Of a stretch of DNA of 64,000 nucleotides, positions 22,184 to 30,534 are shown one piece after another; within the stretch, counting starts at the first letter, position 1; every line of letters begins with the position of its first letter. This DNA is from Hydrurus foetidus (lineage: Eukaryota), in the NCBI GenBank assembly GCA_900617105.1, contig UYFQ01000032.1, forward strand, positions 744,001 through 808,000, given 5' to 3'. The notes beneath the pieces are model-generated. The model had not been told where the DNA came from. It saw only the letters and a list, made by a program, of their open reading frames with translations, and made no database searches. A program made the position numbers and the translations under genes.

Positions 22184-22855
22184 TCAGCGCAGACGCGACA
22201 AAGCCGCGCTGGACAACTCGCCAATGCGGTCTAAAAAATCTGTGCCCATGCCGCTGTGGAAGCGCTGCGGATCCGGCGAGGCCAGCACCAGCATGCCGAA
22301 CGCGGGAATGATGTTGTTGACCAAGCCCGCCCGCAGTGGAATCATCACCAGCGACATGGCGGTGGCCGGGTCGCCCAGCCAAGCAACCGACTCAAACCCC
22401 GCATTCACGCCGCAGTACGGCGCGGTCAGGGACGACGCAAACGTCTTGGCATCGTCGCTCACGCCCTGCGCAAAATCACAGCCGGCGTAAGCACTGGCCA
22501 CGTCCCAGACCTTAATGGCGACTTGCGGCACCACGAATTCCGACTTGATTTCATGCACGATCAAATCCGGCAAGTCACTGGGATTGGCGCTTTGAAACAG
22601 CTGGCAGGCCCAGCGGTGCAGCTTGTCGGCAATCAGCACGTTTTCATTGCCGTTGCGAATCATGTCCATGATGCGGTGCTCCACCACCTTGATTTTGTCG
22701 CGCAGCATCTCGGCTTGGCGCTCTTGCAGGCTGACGGCGCGGTTGCCGTGCGGGCTGCTAAGCTGCACGCTGGCGAGCAGCTCAGCATGGCGTTCAAAAA
22801 AATCGGGGGAGTTCACCAAGTAATTGGCAATGTCGTCTTCGGTGATGGGGTTCAT
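22184..22855 (-). CDS. DUF484 family (YigA-like) protein
   Basis: YL..PDFF, AVSLQERQ, GTDFL; between dapF and xerC. Confidence 0.85.
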   Translation of the reverse strand: MNPITEDDIANYLVNSPDFFERHAELLASVQLSSPHGNRAVSLQERQAEMLRDKIKVVEHRIMDMIRNGNENVLIADKLHRWACQLFQSANPSDLPDLIVHEIKSEFVVPQVAIKVWDVASAYAGCDFAQGVSDDAKTFASSLTAPYCGVNAGFESVAWLGDPATAMSLVMIPLRAGLVNNIIPAFGMLVLASPDPQRFHSGMGTDFLDRIGELSSAALSRLR

Positions 22856-22896
22856 AGCAGCTTCAGTCAAAGGAGTCTTTCAAACGTGTTCGGGGG

Positions 22897-23814
22897 TTAT
22901 CTCGGTGTCGGCGCGGTGTCGGCGGTATCGGGGATGTCGATCTCACCGTCAAACACCGTGGTGGCCGGGCCCGTCATATTGACCTTGTTGCCTACACCCG
23001 CCCAGTCAATGCGCAGTTGCCCGCCCTGTGTGTCCACCGTGACGCTCGCGTCCAGCAAGCCCTGCAAGATACCGGTGACCACCGCTGCACAAGCCCCGCT
23101 GCCACAGGCCAGCGTTTCACCCGCGCCGCGCTCGAACACCCGCAAACGGATCTGCGAGCGGCTCAGCACCTGCATAAAGCCCACGTTCACACCATTAGGG
23201 AAGGCTGCTTGCTGCTGCACCAAGGGGCCGTAGCTGGCGACGGGGGCACTGTCCACATCCTCCACTTGAAGCACCGCATGAGGGTTACCCATCGACACCA
23301 ATGCTACTGAAACTGTAGCTGTACCCGCAGATAAATCAAGCGGTAGCAGCCATTTTTGTGTTGCACCAGCGGCCTCAGACGACAAACCCGTGGCATCAAA
23401 CGGCACCAGCGGCCAATCGAGCACCGGCAATCCCATGTCCACGGTAACTTGACCGTCCGCGTTCAAACGCGGCTCCAGCACGCCCGCCTTGGTTTGCACC
23501 TTGATGGCGTGCTTGGCAGTCAGCCCTTTGTCAACCACAAAGCGCACAAAACAGCGCGAACCATTGCCGCACTGCTCCACCTCACCGCCATCGGCGTTGT
23601 GGATAACGTATTCAAAGTCAACCAGGGGGTTGGGCGCGGGGCGCACAGTGAGGATTTGGTCAGCGCCGACACCGAAATGACGGTCTGCCAAGAAGCGGTA
23701 ATCGGCACGCGACAGCCCTAAGCGGGTCTGTGTTTCATCCAGCACAACGAAATCGTTGCCTGCACCTTGCATTTTGGTGAAGCGGATGCGCTTCTTGGGG
23801 TTATTCGTGGGCAT
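22897..23814 (-). CDS. dapF: Diaminopimelate epimerase
   Basis: [36 protein letters not shown] (both catalytic Cys). Confidence 0.97.
   Translation of the reverse strand: MPTNNPKKRIRFTKMQGAGNDFVVLDETQTRLGLSRADYRFLADRHFGVGADQILTVRPAPNPLVDFEYVIHNADGGEVEQCGNGSRCFVRFVVDKGLTAKHAIKVQTKAGVLEPRLNADGQVTVDMGLPVLDWPLVPFDATGLSSEAAGATQKWLLPLDLSAGTATVSVALVSMGNPHAVLQVEDVDSAPVASYGPLVQQQAAFPNGVNVGFMQVLSRSQIRLRVFERGAGETLACGSGACAAVVTGILQGLLDASVTVDTQGGQLRIDWAGVGNKVNMTGPATTVFDGEIDIPDTADTAPTPR
23302..23363 (+). repeat. Coding-embedded dispersed motif copy (antisense in dapF)
   Basis: Plus strand GCT ACTGAAACTGT AGC TGTACCC GC AGATAAATCAA GC GGTAGCAGCCA TTTTTG. Confidence 0.78.
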
Positions 23815-23872
23815 GGGGGGATTATCCCCGTTACGGCTGGTAGCCCACCTTGAGCGAGTACGGAATCCCCCC

Positions 23873-23920
23873 AATCTTGCAAATCTTGCAAATCTTGCAC
23901 AGCATGGAAGATTTGCAAAG
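23873..23920. repeat. 9 bp tandem repeat (AATCTTGCA x3) plus an inverted copy; possible terminator hairpin
   Basis: Read directly: AATCTTGCA three times, then AAGATTTGCAAAG. Confidence 0.7.
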
Positions 23921-23959
23921 TCAGAGGCTCAAACCAGCTCAAACCAGATCAAACATCCA

Positions 23960-24712
23960 TCAGACAAACCAAGTGATCTTGCCCGTGCCAATGTCATGCA
24001 TGGCGGACACGACCTTGACCTTGCCTGAAGCCACCAAACTGCTGATGACGGGGCTGTTAGCCATGATCTTTTCAACCGCATCCTTGGCGTTTTGATCGGC
24101 CAGTTTTTGCACCAACACCTTGTCTTTGGAGCTGGGCACGCCTTTGTAGTCGAGCTTGGCGAGCGAGGGGCGGATGTTTTCAAGCATCGCCGTCAGGTTG
24201 CCCAGCTTCGCGTTGTCAGCTGCACCTTTGATAGCACCGCACTCGGTGTGCCCCAAAACCACCACCAGTTTGGCCCCTGCCAATTGGGTTGCGAACTCCA
24301 GACTGCCCAAGATATCGGTATTGACAAAATTACCGGCGATGCGTGCTGCAAAAATATCGCCTAAGCGCTGGTCAAACACCATCTCGGGGGGAACCCGGCT
24401 GTCAATACAGCCCACCACCACAGCAAACGGTGACTGCTGCTTGGCCGTGTCTTTCAGTTGCTTCAGCAGATCGCAATTGCGGGTTTTACCTTGGGTAAAA
24501 CGGTCATTCCCGTCCTTCAAAAGTTGCAGAGCCGCATCAGGTGTGGTGGCCCCCTGCGTCGTGGATGTGAACACGTCACAGCTTTGCTCGGCCTGCGAAG
24601 GCATGGCCAAGACAGTAGCCGAAGCGGCAGCGAAGGCTTGGATGGCATGGCGCCGGGATAAGGGGGTACTCTGCGTGGAGAGTTGACCTGAGCGAGAAGA
24701 TGCAGCAAACAT
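23960..24712 (-). CDS. Beta-class carbonic anhydrase with a probable Tat signal
   Basis: GCIDSR and GHTECGA Zn ligands, GNDRF; N-terminal SRRHAI twin-Arg plus a hydrophobic stretch. Confidence 0.92.
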   Translation of the reverse strand: MFAASSRSGQLSTQSTPLSRRHAIQAFAAASATVLAMPSQAEQSCDVFTSTTQGATTPDAALQLLKDGNDRFTQGKTRNCDLLKQLKDTAKQQSPFAVVVGCIDSRVPPEMVFDQRLGDIFAARIAGNFVNTDILGSLEFATQLAGAKLVVVLGHTECGAIKGAADNAKLGNLTAMLENIRPSLAKLDYKGVPSSKDKVLVQKLADQNAKDAVEKIMANSPVISSLVASGKVKVVSAMHDIGTGKITWFV

Positions 24713-24848
24713 ACTTTTTCCTTTTTTCCTTAATTGACACACCGAAACAAGAGATGCCAGCGATATGCGCAGAGCACGCGAAATGTAAATCAAAACTCCA
24801 AAAAAAATACACCAACTAACCCTGAAAGAGGCCATTGATAATCCAGCC

Positions 24849-25970
24849 ATGGCACGCACTACCCAACTCCTTCGCCCATCCACGCACGCTGCGACCAACG
24901 GCCTTGTCGGCTTGCGCTCTGGTCAACCCACGCGGTATGTGCTTGGCGACATGCCCTACGGCGAGCTGGCGCTGGTGGGCAGCAGCGACGCAGCGCCCCA
25001 CACCCTAGATTGGCAGGCCGAGCGCCCCGTCGCATTGCTGAAAAACGTACAGCGCCTCACCGCCCCCAACCCCGGCGCGATGACCGGCCCTGGCACCAAC
25101 AGCTACTTGGTGGGCGACCCGCACACCGGCTACATCGCCATCGACCCCGGCCCCGACGACACCGCCCACCTGCAACGCCTGTGGCAAGCCGCCACCGATG
25201 CGCAAGGCCAGCCCGGTGACATCCGCCACATCGTCTGCACCCATTCGCACCCCGACCACTCGCCCGGCGCCCAGCCTTTGCAGGCGCTGTGCGTGGCCCA
25301 TGGCCGCGCCAGCCCACCGATTTGGGGTTTGCCCTCCGCCCCCACGGCACGCCCTGCCAGCGCCTTCACCCCTGATCGTTTGCTACAAAATAATGAGCTG
25401 CTGGTGCTGACAGGTATTGCCCATGAAGGTGATTTAACCTTTAATTTAGGCCACCAGCTCCGCCACACCCTGCAAGCCATCCACACCCCCGGCCACGCCG
25501 CCAACCACCTGTGCCTGGTGCTGCAAGAAGACGGCCTGCTGTTCAGCGGCGACCATGTGCTCAACGGCAGCACCACCGTCATCGACCCGCCCGACGGCAA
25601 TATGGCCGACTACCTGGATTCACTGGATTTACTCACACGCACCTGTGACACCCACCACATCGACTTCATCCTGCCCGCGCACGGCTGGGTATTGGGTCAT
25701 GGGGGTCATGAGGGCCATGGCGCGGAGGATGGCGGCGGCGGCAGCGGTGCCCAACGTGCCATCGCCAAACTCAAAGCCCACCGCCTCAGCCGCGAAGCCA
25801 AAATCCTCCACGTGATGCAAGCCCACCCCGAGGGCAGCATCGACGATTGGGTGGCCCAGGCCTATGACGACACCCCGCCGCGCCTGTGGCCGGTCGCCAA
25901 ACGCTCGCTGTTGGCGCATGTGGAGCGGATACGGGCGCTGGGTTTGGTGGATCAAGTACTACCGTCCTGA
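24849..25970 (+). CDS. MBL-fold metallo-hydrolase (LACTB2-like)
   Basis: TAPNPGAMTGPGTNSY, THSHPDH, TPGH, SGDH, PAHG. Confidence 0.9.
   Translation: MARTTQLLRPSTHAATNGLVGLRSGQPTRYVLGDMPYGELALVGSSDAAPHTLDWQAERPVALLKNVQRLTAPNPGAMTGPGTNSYLVGDPHTGYIAIDPGPDDTAHLQRLWQAATDAQGQPGDIRHIVCTHSHPDHSPGAQPLQALCVAHGRASPPIWGLPSAPTARPASAFTPDRLLQNNELLVLTGIAHEGDLTFNLGHQLRHTLQAIHTPGHAANHLCLVLQEDGLLFSGDHVLNGSTTVIDPPDGNMADYLDSLDLLTRTCDTHHIDFILPAHGWVLGHGGHEGHGAEDGGGGSGAQRAIAKLKAHRLSREAKILHVMQAHPEGSIDDWVAQAYDDTPPRLWPVAKRSLLAHVERIRALGLVDQVLPS
25381..25444 (+). repeat. Coding-embedded dispersed motif copy (in the MBL hydrolase)
   Basis: GCT ACAAAATAATG AGC TGCTGGT GC TGACAGGTATT GC CCATGAAGGTG ATTTAA; abrupt AT-rich patch in a very GC-rich gene. 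Confidence 0.78.
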
Positions 25971-26033
25971 ACTCTAAAAAAGAGGAAAATGACACTCACA
26001 AGCCTCTGCAACTGCACTCACCAGGATATTTTG

Positions 26034-26261
26034 ATGAATACCGCCGTATACCTTGATCTGGAACGTCTCAGCATGGCAGAAAAGCGCGCATTGGGAGAGG
26101 CGTTGATCGTCAGCGCCGAAAGTGAAGCCTCTTCACCCTTGCTGAGCGAAACACAACGCGCAGAATTGCGCTCACGCTTGGCATTTCACCGCGCCCATCC
26201 AGATGAAGGCGGCATCACTTTCGCTCAGCTCAAAACAAAACTGACCGCACCGGGGCGCTGA
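26034..26261 (+). CDS. Putative addiction module antitoxin
   Basis: 75 aa, LS..EK..L and LSETQRAELRSRL pattern, 3 bp upstream of a RelE/ParE-like gene. Confidence 0.75.
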   Translation: MNTAVYLDLERLSMAEKRALGEALIVSAESEASSPLLSETQRAELRSRLAFHRAHPDEGGITFAQLKTKLTAPGR

Positions 26262-26264
26262 GGC

Positions 26265-26561
26265 ATGGCGTTCGTGGTCATTTTTAAACCCTTGGCAGAA
26301 CAAGAGGTCGCCGAAGCTTTTCACTGGTACGCACAACCTCACATTGCCATGGAAGATGCTTTCTTAACAGAGTTGGATCGCACGGCCCATTTCATCGCGC
26401 ACAACCCCTTTTTGTACCCCCACGCTGAAGAGGAAATGCGGCAGGCGAACCTCAACCGCTTTCCCTACGCCCTGTTTTATGTGATCGACGGCGATACCGT
26501 GAATGTGCTTTCGTGCTTTCACCACCACAGAGACCCCAAGTCCCGCAACCCTCTGCACTGA
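26265..26561 (+). CDS. Type II toxin, RelE/ParE family
   Basis: 98 aa: AEQEVAEAFHWY, RFPYALFY, VLSCFHHHRDP. Confidence 0.8.
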   Translation: MAFVVIFKPLAEQEVAEAFHWYAQPHIAMEDAFLTELDRTAHFIAHNPFLYPHAEEEMRQANLNRFPYALFYVIDGDTVNVLSCFHHHRDPKSRNPLH

Positions 26562-26595
26562 AACAAGCAGCCATTACCCCGGTTAACATGGACTG

Positions 26596-27546
26596 ATGAC
26601 TGCCTTGCCCCCATCTTCATCTCCGCCCTCACCCCCGTCTTCACGCCCCTCTGCAGCACCGCGCAAAGCGCCTCGCCCTGAGTTCCTGGCATCCGCTGCG
26701 CCGTCCAACAGGCCAGACAACCGCCCAGCCCGGTCGCCATCTTCACGGCCCCCCACTTCGCGCCCACCTACCCGCTACGCCAAAGAGCCTGGCGAGCGCC
26801 TTTCCAAACGCGTCGCCGAAATGGTGCCCTGCTCACGCAGCGAGGCGGAACAGTACATCGCCGGTGGCTACGTCTCGGTGAATGGCGTGGTGGTGGAAGT
26901 CCCAGGGTTCCATGTGGTCGATCAGCAGGTGGAGATCGCCAAAAACGCCAGCTTGACCCCGGTTTTGCCCGTCACCCTGCTGCTGCACAAACCGCCCGGT
27001 TTTGACGCGATGGAAGGCGACAAGCTGGCAATGCAGTTGCTGACGCTGGCGAACAAATTCGCCGCTGACCGCTCGGGCACACGCACCGTCAACCGGCACC
27101 TGCTGAACCAAGCCTGCGTGACGCCCTTGGAAACCGGGGCCAGTGGCTTGCTGGTTTACACGCAAGATTTCCGCATCCACCGCAAGTTGCTGGAAGACGC
27201 GGCCCGCGTGGAGCACGAAGTGATGGTTGATGTGCAAGGCCAGGTCTCGCCCGAAGCACTGGACTACCTGAACCGCACCCCGGTGGTGGATGGCCGCGCG
27301 ATGATTCCCGCCAAAGTCAGCATCAGCTATGACAACAGCGAAGACCTCATGGACAACCCCAACCGCAAACCCATGACAGGCCTGCGCTTTGCCGTGAAAG
27401 GCTGTCACCCTGGCCAGATCGCGCAAATGTGCGACAGCGTGGGCCTGCGCGTGGTCGGCATGAAGCGCATCCGCGTCGGGAGGGTGCAGCTGACTGGCTT
27501 GCCGCTGGGGGAATGGCGCTATTTGCTGGGTTACGAGCGGTTTTGA
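26596..27546 (+). CDS. S4-domain RsuA/RluF-family pseudouridine synthase-like protein
   Basis: ERLSKR..CSRSEAE S4 domain, LLHKPPG, SGLLVYTQD, RIRVGRV..LPLGEWRYL; catalytic motif altered (see findings). Confidence 0.82.
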   Translation: MTALPPSSSPPSPPSSRPSAAPRKAPRPEFLASAAPSNRPDNRPARSPSSRPPTSRPPTRYAKEPGERLSKRVAEMVPCSRSEAEQYIAGGYVSVNGVVVEVPGFHVVDQQVEIAKNASLTPVLPVTLLLHKPPGFDAMEGDKLAMQLLTLANKFAADRSGTRTVNRHLLNQACVTPLETGASGLLVYTQDFRIHRKLLEDAARVEHEVMVDVQGQVSPEALDYLNRTPVVDGRAMIPAKVSISYDNSEDLMDNPNRKPMTGLRFAVKGCHPGQIAQMCDSVGLRVVGMKRIRVGRVQLTGLPLGEWRYLLGYERF

Positions 27547-27548
27547 AC

Positions 27549-28832
27549 ATGATGTCATCCCCCACCTCCCCCTTGTCTTACTCGCTTTCCTCGTCATCTT
27601 CTTCCGCCCCGGTGCCCTCAGCCACGGAAATCACCGCCTATCCCTTGCAGTTCACAGGCCGTGGCAGTGAGTACTTTCGCGTCTGGGTCGTCAATGTGCT
27701 GCTGACGCTGGTCACGCTGGGCCTGTACACGCCATTTGCACGCCGCCGCACCGCGCAGTATTTTTACGGGCACACGCAAGTGGCGGGCAGCCCGCTGGAG
27801 TTCACCGGCCCGCTGCGCAAAATGTTGGTTGGCTTTTTGCTGCTGGCGCTGTTTTACATCGGGTTCAACGCCGCCAAGAATGCGGGCAGCAACGCCACGG
27901 TGATTGGTTTGATGCTGTTCGCGGGGTTGCTCGCGCCCTACCTGTGGGGCAGCGCCATGCGGTTTCGCCTCAGCGCTACGCGCTGGCGCGGCGTGCGCTT
28001 GCAATTCTCAGCCTCATGGGGCGAGATTTACGTTGACAGTTGGCCGGTGCTGGCCTTGGTGCTGGTGTGGATCACGTTTGTGATTGTTTTCAGCCTGATT
28101 GCACCTTCCATGCGTGGCGGGATGCCCAGTGGTGGGGCTGCGTCTGCATTCATCTCCAAGGCTTGGACACTGGGTGGCTTGGCGCTGGTGGCCCTCACCT
28201 TGAGCGTGCTGTGCGTGATTCGACTGAGCTTCAACTACCAGAGCCTGCTGGTGCTGCACGCCCGCATCGGGACGCAGGCGGGGCGGTGGAAGCCGGTGTT
28301 TGGCGATTTTGTGCGCATCTGGGTGGCCACCGTGGGGATTTTTATCCTCAGTGCGCTGCTAATCCTGGGTACGGGGGTCGCCATTGCAGCCTCTATGGCT
28401 TGGTTCTCCAGTTTTTCAAGCTTCTCAAGCGCCAAAAACACGGGGTTCATGGGCATCTTGATCGCCGGCCTGGTGGGGCTGGCCAGCCTGTTGACCTTGG
28501 TGTTTGCCGCGTCGCCTGCACGCGCCTACCGCGAAGCCCGCATGTTCCATCTGGTGTGGAACAACACCGGGGTCAGCCAGATTGCCCGCTTCAAATGCAA
28601 GCTGCGCACGGGCCGTTTTGTGGCTTTGCGGATCAAAAACACCGTGTTGAGCCTGCTGACGCTGGGGCTGTACCGGCCTTTTGCCAAAGTCAGCGAGTAC
28701 GCGATGAAAGCCCAATCGGTCACGCTGCACATTCGCGGCGGCGTAGACCAGTTGGCCGGTCAGCTGGTTGAGCAGCAAGGTGCGTTAGGCGACGCGATGG
28801 CTGACGCGATCGGCTTGGATTTGATCGGCTGA
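27549..28832 (+). CDS. YjgN/DUF898 family inner membrane protein
   Basis: FTGRGSEYFRVW, TLGLYTPFA repeated as TLGLYRPFA; multi-TM; coupled to an M48 gene. Confidence 0.85.
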   Translation: MMSSPTSPLSYSLSSSSSSAPVPSATEITAYPLQFTGRGSEYFRVWVVNVLLTLVTLGLYTPFARRRTAQYFYGHTQVAGSPLEFTGPLRKMLVGFLLLALFYIGFNAAKNAGSNATVIGLMLFAGLLAPYLWGSAMRFRLSATRWRGVRLQFSASWGEIYVDSWPVLALVLVWITFVIVFSLIAPSMRGGMPSGGAASAFISKAWTLGGLALVALTLSVLCVIRLSFNYQSLLVLHARIGTQAGRWKPVFGDFVRIWVATVGIFILSALLILGTGVAIAASMAWFSSFSSFSSAKNTGFMGILIAGLVGLASLLTLVFAASPARAYREARMFHLVWNNTGVSQIARFKCKLRTGRFVALRIKNTVLSLLTLGLYRPFAKVSEYAMKAQSVTLHIRGGVDQLAGQLVEQQGALGDAMADAIGLDLIG

Positions 28833-30040
28833 TGCCTGCCACCTTGACCGCTTCATCATCCGCCACAACCCCGGCTCAGTTGGTACGTGCCCGCTGGTTC
28901 GATGGCCGCAGCAGCCAAGCGCAGGCGGTGCTGGTAGGCTTTGCACCCGCCACCCCACACACACGCACGCCAGACTTGCTGCTTCACCCTCTAGCCACCC
29001 CCACCAACTTTCCCTGCCTGACCAGTCCCCCTCTTGCGGCGACTTTACGCATCCCCCATCACCACATCACTTGGCCCGAAGCCTGGAGCGCCAAGCGCCT
29101 GCAAGCCACGGTAATGGTTGACCTGGGCACCCACGGCAGCTTGGAAGTGGACGATGTGGCACGGTGGTATGCCGCTTTTGCCGCGTCTGGCACAGTGGCC
29201 CCTCTGGCACAGCGGATGCAAACCGGCGGAAAGGTCTTCGCTGCGGTACTGCTGCTCGCGGGCTTGAGCTTGTGGGCCTTTTACCGCTTTGGCACGCCTT
29301 GGGCGGCAACCCAATTGACCCGCTACATCCCGCTCAGCTGGGAAACCGATGTGGCAACCCATGCCCTGGAAGCCTTGGATGCGAACTACTTGAAACCCAG
29401 CAGCCTGCCCCCTGAGCGACAAACCGCTCTGCGCGAGCGTTTTGAAGCGCTGACCAGGCACGTCACCCTGCCGTTGCAGCGCTACCCCAGCTATGCGCCG
29501 CCTTTGAACTTGGCTTTTCGCTCTGGCATGGGCGCGAATGCCTTTGCACTGCCCGGCGGCACCTTGGTCATGACCGATGCACTGGTGAAACTCGCCTCAG
29601 CCCCTGGTTTGGGTGACGATGCGCTCTTGGGCGTACTGGCGCATGAAATCGGCCATGTCACGCACCGGCACACCACCCGCATGGTGGTGGAGCAAGGGGT
29701 GTTGAATATGGGTTTGGGCTTGGCGCTGGGCGATGTATCGACACTTGTCTCCACCGGTGCGACCTTGCTCACGGGCTTGGCCTACCGCCGTCAGCACGAA
29801 ACCGAAGCCGATTGCTTCGCCGTGGCCCTGATGCGCAAAGCCGCTGTGGACACAGCACCGATGGCAGATTTGCTGCTGGCGATCAGCAGCACGGCGAAAG
29901 AAGCCAGCCCCAAACAGGCCAGCCCAACATCAGGCACCGCTGCGGCGTTGGCTTCTTTGCTGAGCAGCCACCCGGCGACAGTGGAGCGGGCTGAGCGGCT
30001 TAAGCTGGGTAAAACTGAGGGGTGTCAAAAATCAGACTGA
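28832..30040 (+). CDS. M48 family metallopeptidase
   Basis: NAFALPGG, HEIGH (HExxH), ETEAD, SSHP..ER. Confidence 0.9.
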   Translation: MPATLTASSSATTPAQLVRARWFDGRSSQAQAVLVGFAPATPHTRTPDLLLHPLATPTNFPCLTSPPLAATLRIPHHHITWPEAWSAKRLQATVMVDLGTHGSLEVDDVARWYAAFAASGTVAPLAQRMQTGGKVFAAVLLLAGLSLWAFYRFGTPWAATQLTRYIPLSWETDVATHALEALDANYLKPSSLPPERQTALRERFEALTRHVTLPLQRYPSYAPPLNLAFRSGMGANAFALPGGTLVMTDALVKLASAPGLGDDALLGVLAHEIGHVTHRHTTRMVVEQGVLNMGLGLALGDVSTLVSTGATLLTGLAYRRQHETEADCFAVALMRKAAVDTAPMADLLLAISSTAKEASPKQASPTSGTAAALASLLSSHPATVERAERLKLGKTEGCQKSD

Positions 30041-30047
30041 GACTGGT

Positions 30048-30120
30048 TTTGCGACTTTCTTAAAGCACATTATCAAATAAGTCGCGACTTTTTGATAATG
30101 TGCTTTGTAAAAGTCGGAAA
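30048..30120. repeat. ~73 bp loop-less imperfect palindrome between the convergent M48 gene and rnpB
   Basis: Arms of ~36 bp pair around GTCG|CGAC with one bulge and a few mismatches. Confidence 0.85.
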
Positions 30121-30130
30121 TCAAATAAGT

Positions 30131-30450
30131 GTGAAGCTCACCGATAAGCCGGATTCTGTGCGCTCAAGGTTGCCCTTGAGTGTGACCGCCATTAATCTTG
30201 GCTGGGAATCACTTCCCAGCTCAGTGCTACCTACCCGCCAACTCCGGGGGCCCCGTCAACGTTGGCCTACTTGGTATTGCTGCGCGTAGAGATTGCCCGT
30301 TTCACCCGAACTTAATCGGCTCGTCTCTGTTGCTCTGATCCTCACCTCACGGTGGACAGCCGTTAGCTGCTACGCTGCCCTGTGCAGTCCGGACGTTCCT
30401 CCAGTGCTTGGTTTCCCAAATTGCACCAGCGGCGGTCTGGCGAGCTTCAC
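30131..30450 (-). ncRNA. rnpB: RNase P RNA, bacterial class A
   Basis: Minus strand GAGGAACGTCCGGAC near the 5' end and ACAGAATCCGGCTTA near the 3' end (P4 signatures); complementary termini GTGAAGCTC...GAGCTTCAC (P1). Confidence 0.96.
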
Positions 30451-30534
30451 GGGCGATATTATCGGCGCTCTTTCAAAGTGACTACGCAATGAACGTTTTG
30501 CTTGATAACCACGAGCCTGACCCGAGGATGCCCC

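Noticed and set aside
22857..22877. ACT-N11-AGC-TGCT on the minus strand upstream of DUF484
   Set aside because: Half match only; the downstream GC-N11-GC part is absent, so it was not counted.
30048..30120. dif site or CRISPR repeat
   Set aside because: No match to the XerC/XerD dif consensus, no repeat-spacer periodicity and no cas genes in the window.
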